The notes under the pieces: model-generated
What the model saw: only the letters and a program-made list of their open reading frames with translations
What the model was told of the DNA's origin: nothing
Databases searched by the model: none
Position numbers and translations under genes: made by a program
Assembly: GCA_050253075.1 (NCBI GenBank)
Contig: JBFWJS010000009.1
Coordinates: 1 to 51,535, forward strand
DNA from: Deferribacterales bacterium
GTDB taxonomy: Bacteria; Chrysiogenota; Deferribacteres; Deferribacterales; Geovibrionaceae
DNA length: 51,535 nt
Direction of reading: 5' to 3'
In this document: in pieces, positions 39,974-49,659 of the stretch
Layout: the number at the start of each line of letters is the position of its first letter
Position numbering within the stretch: position 1 is the first letter of the stretch

Positions 39974-40978
39974 ATGGAGAGCTCAGACCCATCACTTAGG
40001 CTGTGTTTGCTGATAGCACTCGTAATGATGCTGACGGCAAATGCAGCTTTTGCAAAGGATTTTGAAAAGGAAGGGACATTCAGCCTTGTGGTGGAAAACG
40101 ATATCTACCACAGCGACAAATACTACACCAACGGGGTGCAGGCAGCATGGCTGACCTCATCGGATAAGGTGCCCCTTTGGGCTATTAAGGCGGCTGACCT
40201 CTTCCCTCTTTTCCCCATCGGGTCTACTCTCAGAGGAAACTTTGCCGTAGGGCAAAACATGTATACCTCCAAAGATATACGGGATGAACACCCGCCTAAG
40301 GACGAACGCCCGTACGCAGGCTGGCTTTACGGCTCTGTGGGGCTGATAGCCGAGACAGGCAGACGCCTCGATCAGCTAGAGCTGACATTCGGCATGGTGG
40401 GCCCCGCATCTTTTGCGGAAGAAACTCAGAAGGCCGTCCACGAGGTTATCGGATCGCCCGAACCAAAGGGATGGGACTACCAGCTCAAGAATGAGCCGGG
40501 GCTTGTCCTCACCTATCAAAGGAGCTGGCGGAGCTATGTGGATACATCCTTCATAGGGCTGAACTTCGACGTAACGCCCAATGCAGGGTTCGCACTGGGT
40601 AACATATACACATATGCCAGCACGGGTGCAGTTATCAGGCTGGGCAAAAATCTGCCTATGGACTATGGTCCGCCCAGGATAGCACCGAGCCTCCCCGGGT
40701 CTAACTTCTTCATTCCGCAGGAAAAGCTGGGCTGGTATCTCTTCGCAGGTATGGAGGGGCGGTATGTGGTGAGGAACATCTTCCTCGACGGAAACACATT
40801 TGCCGAGAGCCGCAGTGTGGAAAAAGAGCCGATAGTAGGCGACTTTCAAATGGGCGTAGCCGTCACACAGGGACGCTGGCGACTCAGCTATATGAATATC
40901 GTCCGATCGAGAGAATATAAAGGACAGGACAACTTCAAACAGAGCTTCGGCGCTGTCAGTCTGTCCGTTCAGATGTAA
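39974..40978 (+). CDS. lpxR: LpxR family lipid A deacylase (DUF2219)
   Basis: END...D.YYTNG, GQNMYT, RPYAGWL, GW.YQLKNE, NIFLDGN. Confidence 0.85.
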   Translation: MESSDPSLRLCLLIALVMMLTANAAFAKDFEKEGTFSLVVENDIYHSDKYYTNGVQAAWLTSSDKVPLWAIKAADLFPLFPIGSTLRGNFAVGQNMYTSKDIRDEHPPKDERPYAGWLYGSVGLIAETGRRLDQLELTFGMVGPASFAEETQKAVHEVIGSPEPKGWDYQLKNEPGLVLTYQRSWRSYVDTSFIGLNFDVTPNAGFALGNIYTYASTGAVIRLGKNLPMDYGPPRIAPSLPGSNFFIPQEKLGWYLFAGMEGRYVVRNIFLDGNTFAESRSVEKEPIVGDFQMGVAVTQGRWRLSYMNIVRSREYKGQDNFKQSFGAVSLSVQM

Positions 40979-40988
40979 TAAAAAAAAC

Positions 40989-41541
40989 GGGCGAAAGCCC
41001 AAGCCGTTTAATAAACGTGTTGTTTCGCACAATTTAAATAAATGAATCCTCAATTTTGATAATAAGATTGGGGATTCTTTATTTTAAGAAGATGTTTCCT
41101 TGTCATTCTGAGCCTGTTTACAGGCGTAAGAATCTCAGACTACTGCTTATAAGCTCTCTTAGTCACAGTGACTATAAAGCCTTGATTATCATGTGCTATG
41201 AGACTCTCACGTCGCTTCACTCCTCAGAGTGACGGTTACTTTTTCTTATTTGAAATATTTTTCGTAGCAACACATCTTTTAAACGGCTTAGCGAAATCCC
41301 TAGCCCCTTAAAAGAGATGTTGCAGAATCTCTAAAATAAACACAGCTACGTCATTCTGAGCGGAGCGAAGAATCTGATACCATTAGAGAATCCACGTGTT
41401 CAGATCCTTCGGCTAAAGCCTCAGTATGACGAAAAAATTTCACTGAAATATAAAAACCCCAATCTTATTATTAAAATTGGGGTTTTTCTTATTTTACTTC
41501 AAAATTTCAACACGGTGCTGAAACGCCTTGGGCGAAAGCCC
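40989..41541. repeat. REP/MITE-like palindromic composite between convergent lpxR and potD
   Basis: GTCATTCTGAGC..AAGAATCT at 41102 and 41350 with inverted partners; inverted CCCCAAT..ATTGGGG units at about 41044 and 41452; terminal GGGCGAAAGCCC hairpins. Confidence 0.75.
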
Positions 41542-41550
41542 CCTTATCTG

Positions 41551-42582
41551 TTAATGACCTGTTTTCAGCATTTCCCAGTATTTTTCGTAAAGGTTGATTG
41601 TCTCGCCTACATCAAGCTGAAATTCACCCTTATCAACGACTTCCTGCGGAGGATAGATCGTAGGGTTATTTCTTGTTTCTTCATCCTGAAGAGCTTTGGC
41701 AGCTTTGTTCGGGCTTGCATATCCGAACTCGTCGCTGATAATCTTCGCCACTTCGGGCTTCATGATGTAGTTGATAAATTTATGTGCGTTATCAGGGTTT
41801 TCAGAACCTTTAAGAATGCAAAGGTTATCAACCCAGAAGATAGCGCCCTCTTTCGGATAAACATATTTTATTGCAGGGTTTTCCTCAGCAGCGGCGAAAG
41901 CCTCGCCGTTGAAAGTAAGCCCGAGAACTACCTCTTCGTTAAGGAAAGATATCTTCGGAGAGTCTGAGTTGAAAACACGTACGCTTGGTATCATTGATTT
42001 CAGGAGCTCATAGGCCGCTGTTATCTCTTTTTCGTTTGTAGAGTTGCCTGAGTAGCCGAGCCTTGTCAGAGCAACGTGAAAAACCTCTCTGAGGTCGTCG
42101 TTAAGGAGTATCTTGCCTTTGTAAGCGGAATCCCAGAAGATGTCCCAGCTCTTAGCCTTGTTTATATCCACATAGTTAGTGTTCACCACTATAGATGTAG
42201 AGCCCCAGAGGTATGGAAGGCTGTATTTGTTACCTTCGTCGTATGGTTTGTCGAGCAGACCTTTATCCATATATTTCAGGTTAGGCAGTTTTGTCTGATC
42301 CAGCGGAAGGAGCATCCCCTCACGCTTCATCTTATTCACATAGTAGCTGGAAGGAAATACGACATCATAGCCTTTCCCCTGAAGCACTTTCACCTTTGCA
42401 TACATAACTTCGTTGCTGTCATAGGTGGAGTAGATGACCTTTATGCCTGTCTCTTCCTCGAATCCCTGCAGAACACTGTCAGGAATATACTCAGACCAGT
42501 TATAGACATAGACAACCTGCTGTTTCGCCATTGCCGTAAAGGCAAGAAGCATCATAAGGGCAGTAAGCAGTAACTTTTTCAT
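41551..42582 (-). CDS. potD: Spermidine/putrescine-binding protein
   Basis: YNWSEYI, YDSNE, YSLPYLWG, PKEGAIFWVD. Confidence 0.93.
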   Translation of the reverse strand: MKKLLLTALMMLLAFTAMAKQQVVYVYNWSEYIPDSVLQGFEEETGIKVIYSTYDSNEVMYAKVKVLQGKGYDVVFPSSYYVNKMKREGMLLPLDQTKLPNLKYMDKGLLDKPYDEGNKYSLPYLWGSTSIVVNTNYVDINKAKSWDIFWDSAYKGKILLNDDLREVFHVALTRLGYSGNSTNEKEITAAYELLKSMIPSVRVFNSDSPKISFLNEEVVLGLTFNGEAFAAAEENPAIKYVYPKEGAIFWVDNLCILKGSENPDNAHKFINYIMKPEVAKIISDEFGYASPNKAAKALQDEETRNNPTIYPPQEVVDKGEFQLDVGETINLYEKYWEMLKTGH

Positions 42583-43343
42583 TTTCGCTCCTTAGCAATT
42601 ATTTGTGATATCAGAACTATTATAAGCGATACGGTGAACATAACGGCACAAAGGGCGTTCACCTCAGGCTTAACCCCCAGACGAACCATAGAGTATATCC
42701 TCAAGGGGAGTATTTCAAATGTCGGACCTGTCACAAAAAAGCTGATGATGACATCATCCATGGACAGAGTGAAGCCTAGCAGCCACCCCGCCAGCACAGC
42801 AGGCATCATCATAGGCACGAGCACATGACGCACAGCCTGAAACTCTGTTGCGCCGAGGTCGCTCGCAGCGTTAAGTATGTTTGAGTCAAAGCCCTTCAGC
42901 CTCGACAGTACTGTTATTATAACAAATGGAATGTTGAATGTGATATGTGCGAGCAGAAGCGTGAGAAAGCCTGTCTCGAAATGCAGAAACATAAAAAGCA
43001 CAAGCAGGCTTATGCCCATTACGATGTCGGGCGACATCATGACTATGTATATGAGAGACATAAGGGAACGCTTCCACTTAAAGTTATATCTGTATATGGC
43101 AAATGCCGCCATAGTGCCTATTATCGTCGCGAATGTGGCCGAGAGGGTCGCTACTATGAGTGTGTTCCCCGCCGCCGTCATTAGTGTGCTGTTCTCTATC
43201 AGCCCCTGATACCATTTAAAGGAAAAGCCCTTCCATGTCGTACCGTATTTAGACTCGTTGAAAGACCATACGATGAGCACCAGCAGAGGCGAATACAGAA
43301 AGAAATATACGAGTGACGAATATCCTGCCTTAAGGTATCTCAT
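42579..43343 (-). CDS. potC: Spermidine/putrescine ABC permease
   Basis: SPDIVMGISL, AASDLGA, FTLSMDD. Confidence 0.93.
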   Translation of the reverse strand: MRYLKAGYSSLVYFFLYSPLLVLIVWSFNESKYGTTWKGFSFKWYQGLIENSTLMTAAGNTLIVATLSATFATIIGTMAAFAIYRYNFKWKRSLMSLIYIVMMSPDIVMGISLLVLFMFLHFETGFLTLLLAHITFNIPFVIITVLSRLKGFDSNILNAASDLGATEFQAVRHVLVPMMMPAVLAGWLLGFTLSMDDVIISFFVTGPTFEILPLRIYSMVRLGVKPEVNALCAVMFTVSLIIVLISQIIAKERK

Positions 43344-44197
43344 GCCAGCTCCCCCGTTCCGCCCATCTTTTTAGAGCTGCGGTAGTACACATACATCAGC
43401 ATGAACATCAGCAGGGTGAGCATCATGCTCGCCGCCGCACCCAGAGGCCAGTTGCGTGTGTACAGGAACTGATTCTTTATGAAATTACCGATGAGCAGAG
43501 ATTTTGCCCCGCCCAGCAGGTCTGATATGTAAAACAGGCTGAGTGTCGGCAGGAAAACAAGCATACACCCCGCCACTATCCCCGGCAGAGAGAGGGGAAG
43601 AGTAACGTGAAAGAATGCCTGAAACCTGTTTGCACCAAGGTCATTAGCGGCATCCAGAAGGTTATAGTCTATCTTCTCCAGCACCGCATACAGCGGGAGT
43701 ATCATAAACGGCAGAAGCGAGTAAACCATGCCTATCATAACGGCTGTCTGGGTATACATAAGCTGTAAAGGAGCATCGATGATGCCCAGCCCTTTCAGCA
43801 CATAGTTCAGCATGCCGTTGGTCTTCAGTATCACGACAATGGCGTATGTGCGTATCAGAGAGCTCGTCCAGAAAGGGATGATGATCAGCATCAGAAGTAT
43901 ATTTTTAAACCTGCCCTTATATCTGGCAAGGTTATATGCGAATGGATAGCCCACAAGGAGCGTCAGGATGGTTGTGTATATAGCGACTTTGAAAGAATCA
44001 AATATCACTTTGAGGAATACCGAGTTGAAAAGCTCCTTATAATTCCCCAGATTCAGATCGAAACGGTAAAAGTTCTTCTCATCATAGCCCATAAGGCTGA
44101 TGCCTATGACCATAAGCGTAGGGATGAAAACGAGGAGTACAAGCCATGATGAGATAAGTGTTATTGAAAGGTTTTTAAACCAGTTGCGCTCATTCAT
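43340..44197 (-). CDS. potB: Spermidine/putrescine ABC permease
   Basis: [34 protein letters not shown]. Confidence 0.93.
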   Translation of the reverse strand: MNERNWFKNLSITLISSWLVLLVFIPTLMVIGISLMGYDEKNFYRFDLNLGNYKELFNSVFLKVIFDSFKVAIYTTILTLLVGYPFAYNLARYKGRFKNILLMLIIIPFWTSSLIRTYAIVVILKTNGMLNYVLKGLGIIDAPLQLMYTQTAVMIGMVYSLLPFMILPLYAVLEKIDYNLLDAANDLGANRFQAFFHVTLPLSLPGIVAGCMLVFLPTLSLFYISDLLGGAKSLLIGNFIKNQFLYTRNWPLGAAASMMLTLLMFMLMYVYYRSSKKMGGTGELA

Positions 44198-45287
44198 CAG
44201 GGAGTACGACCTCCCATCCTTCGATCCATGTCAGGGCAACTTTCTCGCCGTGTTTATATTCAAACTCCGGGTCGTCTTCGTCGAAGAACTCGCTGGCAAC
44301 TATCCTTGCGTCACCGTTCAGGGTGATTACGGAGTCTAGTGTTGCGCCTTTATATGTGGTCTCTTCCACCACACCGGTGAGAAAGTATTCATCGTCTGCG
44401 TCTTTTATGGTCTCTGTGCGGATGTCTTCGGGGCGAAGGAGTATTTTGACATGTGCACCTTCGGCAAATGTCTTCGGCGTGCTGATGGAGCATTCCTGCC
44501 CTTCTACCACGGCCTTATATCTCTGCCCTTCCAGCTTCTCTTTTATCACGCCGTGCAGGATGTTTATCTCACCCACAAACTTCGCTACAAAGAGATTCTT
44601 AGGCTCTTCATACACCTCTTTCGGTGTACCCACCTGCTGTATCACACCCTCATTCATCACTACCACCCTGTCAGACATAGAGAGAGCCTCTTCCTGATCA
44701 TGGGTGACAAAGATGAATGTGATGCCGAGCATACGCTGTATGCGTTTCAGCTCCAGCTGCATCTGCTTGCGCAGTTTATAGTCCAGCGCACTGAGCGGCT
44801 CGTCCAGCAGGAGTAGCTTCGGCTTCTGCACTATTGCTCTCGCTATGGCGACCCTCTGCTGCTGTCCGCCTGACAGCTTCGAAGGCATCCTGTCGGCAAA
44901 ATCTCTGAGCTTTACGGTTTCCAGAGCTTCTTCGACGAGGCTTTTTATTTCATTTTTTGGCATTTTCTTCATTTTTAAGCCAAAAGCGACATTATCATAC
45001 ACATTAAGGTGAGGAAAAAGTGCATAACTTTGAAAAACAGTGTTAACTTCGCGCTTATTCGGAGGCAGTTTCGAAACTTCCTTTCCGTCGAGATATACGC
45101 TTCCGCTGTCCTGATTTTCGAATCCGCCGATGATCTTGAGAAGTGTTGTTTTACCGCATCCAGAAGGGCCCAGCAGCGTAACGAACTCTCCGTCGAATAT
45201 GTCGAGACACAGGTTATCCACAACACCGAGGTTGTCGAAAAACTTAGATATATTTTCCAGTCTGACCAATATTCTGCTTTCTGGCAT
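44190..45287 (-). CDS. potA: Spermidine/putrescine ABC ATPase
   Basis: [42 protein letters not shown]. Confidence 0.95.
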   Translation of the reverse strand: MPESRILVRLENISKFFDNLGVVDNLCLDIFDGEFVTLLGPSGCGKTTLLKIIGGFENQDSGSVYLDGKEVSKLPPNKREVNTVFQSYALFPHLNVYDNVAFGLKMKKMPKNEIKSLVEEALETVKLRDFADRMPSKLSGGQQQRVAIARAIVQKPKLLLLDEPLSALDYKLRKQMQLELKRIQRMLGITFIFVTHDQEEALSMSDRVVVMNEGVIQQVGTPKEVYEEPKNLFVAKFVGEINILHGVIKEKLEGQRYKAVVEGQECSISTPKTFAEGAHVKILLRPEDIRTETIKDADDEYFLTGVVEETTYKGATLDSVITLNGDARIVASEFFDEDDPEFEYKHGEKVALTWIEGWEVVLPDE

Positions 45288-45510
45288 TATTCACCTTAAA
45301 TTTAATAAATTTAGCATTGAGTAACACTTATTATGCTAATAAGTCAACAACATTATGCCTATATAAGGTGCTCTTAAGGAAATTTTACATTTTCATCCTA
45401 CTTTTTTCAGAGATATACGGATATATGAGACATAAAGAAAGAGATATATAAACTTCTTGATTTTACGAAACCACTTTGATATAAATTGATTCCCCATTAA
45501 ACATATCTTT

Positions 45511-45584
45511 CGGGGTGTAGCGCAGCTTGGTAGCGTGTTCGCTTGGGGTGCGAGAGGTCGCTGGTTCAAATCCAGTCATCCCGA
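45511..45584 (+). tRNA. tRNA-Pro(GGG)
   Basis: CGGGGTG/CATCCCG acceptor stem, anticodon loop TTGGGGT, GTTCAAATC T-loop; CCA not encoded. Confidence 0.93.
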
Positions 45585-45597
45585 TTTTAAATTCCTT

Positions 45598-45627
45598 TAA
45601 AGCCAGTAGTTTACCTGCTGGCTTTTT
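45598..45627 (+). terminator. Intrinsic (possibly bidirectional) terminator after tRNA-Pro
   Basis: AAAGCCAG..CTGGCTTTTT hairpin. Confidence 0.7.
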
Positions 45628-45673
45628 CATTTGTCACATATTTGTCACAGAATCTGACTATATTTTATGAATA

Positions 45674-47458
45674 TTAGCTCAACATAGTTGAATTGTTTTT
45701 CAAAAGATTATATATCGGAAAGCTCATGAATAACTCTTTTGCATCATGGTCTAGCTTACTAAGATATTTATTTGCTTCTTCAAATTCATCAAGCAGAATA
45801 CAGATACCAGCACTGATATCATTAGCAACTCCTTCAGAGTTGTATATGTTATAAAGGATGGCTTTCTCTTTAATTGAAAGTCTCTTTAAGCGTTTTAAAC
45901 ATTGAAAGTAATTTAGCAGGTAAATGTTTCCATTGATGTTATTATCATATAGATATTTACTAATTGATAATGCTGCATCTAATAGTTGATTGTTCTCTCC
46001 CATTGTTTCATCATAAGCTAGTAACATCTCCAAGACCATTTGATTTGTAGATTCAAAAAAAGCTTGAGAGTGTTTGATATCCTTTATATCTCGATCTATA
46101 TAACTATAATCAATGTTTGAGACCTCAATAAAATCATCCTTTTTCATAATGATAAATTGAGTCGTTTGAAATTTATCTCCTTGTGCATCATCAATAACAA
46201 CATGTACCTTACTATCAAAGAAATTATATAACATATAATCTCCATCAGTGTTTTTTGTTGTTAATAACATTAATGTGAGATTATTTATTTTAATTTTTAT
46301 TACAGGCGCTAACTTCAAAGTTGTATTTATAGGCTCTTTGAGAACTAGGGTTTGAACTAATGATTTTGCATTTTTAAATTCATTTTCTTGGAGATTACCT
46401 GGATTTAATAAGTCGTAATTACTCCCAGCCAAATGTATTGCTTCCTGAAACTGGTGAAGTTGTTTTAGTTGTAGTTTGATATTATCAATAAATTCCTTAC
46501 CAGAAGTTGTATTCTCCGTATTAAGCTCATATTCTTTCTCTTTACCAAAGCCTACAACCTTGGCTGTGGAGAAATCGACAATAAATTCTAGAGTTTTAAT
46601 AGCTTCTTTTAAGCTGCGACTACTGGTCCAAGAAATTTCAGCTCTAGAGCCATTATCCCCAATACTCATGGTTATATTTTCACCAAAGGTGATGGTTGTA
46701 TAATGGTCTTTTTGGGTAACATTAAATGAATTAAACCTTTTGATCCCATCTAAATAAATGGGCTCATTTTTTGTTAAACTTTCTAGTGTAATTTTTGCTT
46801 TCGCAATAGGTACGGTATATCCATCTGCGATATCCTTATACAAATAAATTGGATTATTTTTGATGTATTCAATCGGATTGCGGTTAGTTGCGAAAAAAGT
46901 TTGAATAGCTTCTAGTTTGCCATCTTCAGTTAATTTCCCAAAATTATGAATTATATTTGGATCAGTATATGCCATTTGTTTTTTCTTATGTTCCAAAAAA
47001 TTATTGAAAATTTCTATTATTTCACTTTCTTCATTTGGGAGTTTTATAAGTTTTATTGATTTATTTTTCTGAGATTTTTTTGTTTTGCTTAATAAAAGTT
47101 TAATGTCAAAAGGTAATAAAGCAGAATAGAAAATAACATGACCTTTGGTTTCTTTATCAATATGGACAACAAAAAAAATTGTCCCCGCTTTACTTAAGAA
47201 TGCTTTTAGATGTGATATTTTGACATTGTAGGATATTTCATCATCGCTGGTATGCTTGTCTACTGATTTACCTTTAACCTGTACATCTATACAGCCCTGG
47301 TAGTCATCCACTGAATTATATTCTGTATCAAGGGAATATACTATAATATATCCATCCCAAATGGGTTCTTTATCGTTTTCAGGAATGAAAGTTTTGATGC
47401 AGCTAATGTAACCTAATCTAGTTTTAAGATAATTGACTGCTAACGATTCAGTATTCAT
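45674..47458 (-). CDS. DUF4365-like restriction-endonuclease-fold protein
   Basis: N-terminal DKEPIWDGYI...IDVQVKG (PD-QxK type); helical C-terminus; very AT-rich. Confidence 0.7.
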   Translation of the reverse strand: MNTESLAVNYLKTRLGYISCIKTFIPENDKEPIWDGYIIVYSLDTEYNSVDDYQGCIDVQVKGKSVDKHTSDDEISYNVKISHLKAFLSKAGTIFFVVHIDKETKGHVIFYSALLPFDIKLLLSKTKKSQKNKSIKLIKLPNEESEIIEIFNNFLEHKKKQMAYTDPNIIHNFGKLTEDGKLEAIQTFFATNRNPIEYIKNNPIYLYKDIADGYTVPIAKAKITLESLTKNEPIYLDGIKRFNSFNVTQKDHYTTITFGENITMSIGDNGSRAEISWTSSRSLKEAIKTLEFIVDFSTAKVVGFGKEKEYELNTENTTSGKEFIDNIKLQLKQLHQFQEAIHLAGSNYDLLNPGNLQENEFKNAKSLVQTLVLKEPINTTLKLAPVIKIKINNLTLMLLTTKNTDGDYMLYNFFDSKVHVVIDDAQGDKFQTTQFIIMKKDDFIEVSNIDYSYIDRDIKDIKHSQAFFESTNQMVLEMLLAYDETMGENNQLLDAALSISKYLYDNNINGNIYLLNYFQCLKRLKRLSIKEKAILYNIYNSEGVANDISAGICILLDEFEEANKYLSKLDHDAKELFMSFPIYNLLKNNSTMLS

Positions 47459-47548
47459 GCGATATTAGCTCCGAGATATGAGATGTAAGCTTGTGTATAG
47501 GTTCTCTGTTGGTTAATATAACGGTTTTCTGTAGTAATTTAAAGAATA

Positions 47549-48697
47549 TTATTGAGCTGAAGTCTTATTAATACCAAGACGTTTCCTTTCACCAGATGCT
47601 TTTACAATCCTATTCCCGTATGTCTTCAGGATCATTTCAAGGGTGGCGTGCCCGAGCATATTCTTAAGCCAGTTGAGGTCTTCTTTAAGGTCGAGCATAA
47701 GGCAGGCGAATGAGTGTCTTGTCTGGTAGATGTTCCGGTACTTTATCTGAAGAGCCTTTAAACATGGTTCGTAATACGTTTTTGAAATATTCTGAATCTG
47801 GCAAAACGGTTCATTAAGATATGTCAGGAACATAAAATCTGACTTCATAAATGTATATTGTTTATGCCGTGCAAGATACGGGTCTAAGTCTTCGATAATA
47901 TCTATCGTCCTGCTGTCAGAGGTCTTGGTGGATTCCTTTAGGCGACCTTTCGACATTGTTCGCTGCACGGTTATGGTGTGTTTGTTGAAATCAATATCTG
48001 ACCACTTGAGAGCCATGATCTCGCCTGTCCGCATCCCGCTGAAAAAGGCTACAGCAAAGAAGCATGTCATCTCAGGATGGTGAGCGTCCATCCATCTCAA
48101 TATTTTAATCATCTCATCATAGTCAAATGGGTCTATCTGCTTAGACTGCACTTTTGGCTTGCTGATATAGTTTACAGGGTTCTTGGTTATAAGGTCATCA
48201 GCTACAGCTTGCTTAAATATACTGGATAACATGCCCATCATATTCGAGATGGACTTTGGCTTCAGATCGTTATCTCTAATGAACCCCTGCACAGTGCTGG
48301 CTTTGATATTCTTTATTGGGGTGTTTCCAAAGTATTCTGCAAATCTGTTTATGAATCCCCAGTACGTCCTTTGAGTGGCGTAAGCTAGCGATTTCTCTTT
48401 TAAGAAATACCACTGCTTGGCGTAGGTGGTGAACCCTATGTCTTCGGACAAATCTGCTAAGGTTAGTGATTTCATGGCAGAGGACTTTGGAAAATACTGC
48501 GAATAAATAAAAGTGCCTTCACTGATCTTTCGCTCGATTTCTTGAACAAGAGCAGATGCAGACTTACAACTGCGACATTTGCAATCCTGCTTTCCTTTCT
48601 CGCAATAATACTGTGATGGCTCGAAACGTCTGATGTTTCGATACATAAAGATTAGCTCAATTTTATTTTTCTTTCCGCGCTTACGAATACTTCCCAT
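47549..48697 (-). CDS. Phage-type tyrosine integrase
   Basis: MGSIRKRG, SGMRTGEIMALKW.DIDF, YQTRHSFA, MLGH, Y. Confidence 0.93.
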   Translation of the reverse strand: MGSIRKRGKKNKIELIFMYRNIRRFEPSQYYCEKGKQDCKCRSCKSASALVQEIERKISEGTFIYSQYFPKSSAMKSLTLADLSEDIGFTTYAKQWYFLKEKSLAYATQRTYWGFINRFAEYFGNTPIKNIKASTVQGFIRDNDLKPKSISNMMGMLSSIFKQAVADDLITKNPVNYISKPKVQSKQIDPFDYDEMIKILRWMDAHHPEMTCFFAVAFFSGMRTGEIMALKWSDIDFNKHTITVQRTMSKGRLKESTKTSDSRTIDIIEDLDPYLARHKQYTFMKSDFMFLTYLNEPFCQIQNISKTYYEPCLKALQIKYRNIYQTRHSFACLMLDLKEDLNWLKNMLGHATLEMILKTYGNRIVKASGERKRLGINKTSAQ

Positions 48698-48715
48698 TAT
48701 TTTCCTATAGGTAAA

Positions 48716-48946
48716 TTAATCTTTGAGTGCATTTGGTGCAAGGAGAATCTTGATACTTGGATAATAAAACCGCACAACACGGTCTTTAATAAAATAATGT
48801 TGGTCATAAATCAGGAATTTAGACTTTATCCACCGATCAATTGTGTCTTCAGAAACTTCTAACTCTTCGGAAAGTTTCTTTTTGCTCATGAAGTCCGGCT
48901 TTGACGGCAATATGAATTCATTAATTACAATTTTTCTTTCACTCAT
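48716..48946 (-). CDS. Excisionase-like HTH protein
   Basis: FMSKKKLSEELEVSEDTIDRW; directly upstream of the integrase; RBS GAGGTG. Confidence 0.7.
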   Translation of the reverse strand: MSERKIVINEFILPSKPDFMSKKKLSEELEVSEDTIDRWIKSKFLIYDQHYFIKDRVVRFYYPSIKILLAPNALKD

Positions 48947-49045
48947 TGCTTCACCTCTTGAGATGACGCTAGCTTAAAAAAATGTGATTAAGTGTTGTTT
49001 TTGCAATTTCTGGAAACTTTTTTGTATTACTACAAGAATGTTATG

Positions 49046-49324
49046 AGCCACTATTAGCCACTAGGTGGCTTGAAAATTATCTTGACCCTGTTTCTAAAAA
49101 CCAGTCGTTTGAAACCCTTATTCTGTGCAGACAGGGTGTCTATGTGAAGTATTTTTGCCCTTACCCTGTCTGACTATTTAATTTCATTTAAATGCGAACC
49201 CTGTCTGAGTATTTTTTTGTTCAGACAGGGTGGCAGTAGTTAACCTATCAAACTATTTGTTTAGAATATTTTTACACTTTCTACAGACTGCAATTATTAT
49301 GCTATATGTGCCTATAAGTGGCTA
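49046..49324. repeat. Cluster of ACCCTGTCTG(A) and AGCCAC(TA) repeats
   Basis: ACCCTGTCTGA at 49163 and 49198; inverted at 49128-49137 and 49221-49231; degenerate copy at 49085; AGCCACTA at 49046 and 49056, with inverted copies at 49065 and 49317. Confidence 0.7.
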
Positions 49325-49522
49325 ATATTGCTGAGCATTGCAATTTTTACCTGTGTGCGATTTTAGTTTTTCTGAACACGTTTACCTTCTTTGTGGTAGT
49401 ACTTTTGATTTTAAGTGTGTCTGAACCCTTCTGAAGGATATTGATACCTTACGTTATTGATCAACTTTATATTTTGCATTTTTTCCAACTGGGACTATAT
49501 TATTTACCATGAGGTGAACGAT

Positions 49523-49636
49523 ATGCCTATATTTGGTTTATACTTATTAATATTCTTGCTTTTAGCTATGTTGACAATCGGTACTTATGTTGAGCATAGA
49601 ATTGATCGAAAATATGATGAAAAAAACCGCCGCTAA
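49523..49636 (+). CDS. 37-aa single-TM peptide
   Basis: GAGGTG RBS; MPIFGLYLLIFLLLAMLTIGTYVEHRIDRKYDEKNRR; CCGCCGCT..AGCGGCGG hairpin at the 3' end. Confidence 0.6.
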   Translation: MPIFGLYLLIFLLLAMLTIGTYVEHRIDRKYDEKNRR

Positions 49637-49659
49637 ATCTCTCCAGCGGCGGCTATTGA

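Noticed and set aside
19106..45324. Many alternative-frame and antisense ORFs inside core genes (e.g. 25741-26532, 40376-41053)
   Set aside because: They overlap well-supported genes and lack motifs.
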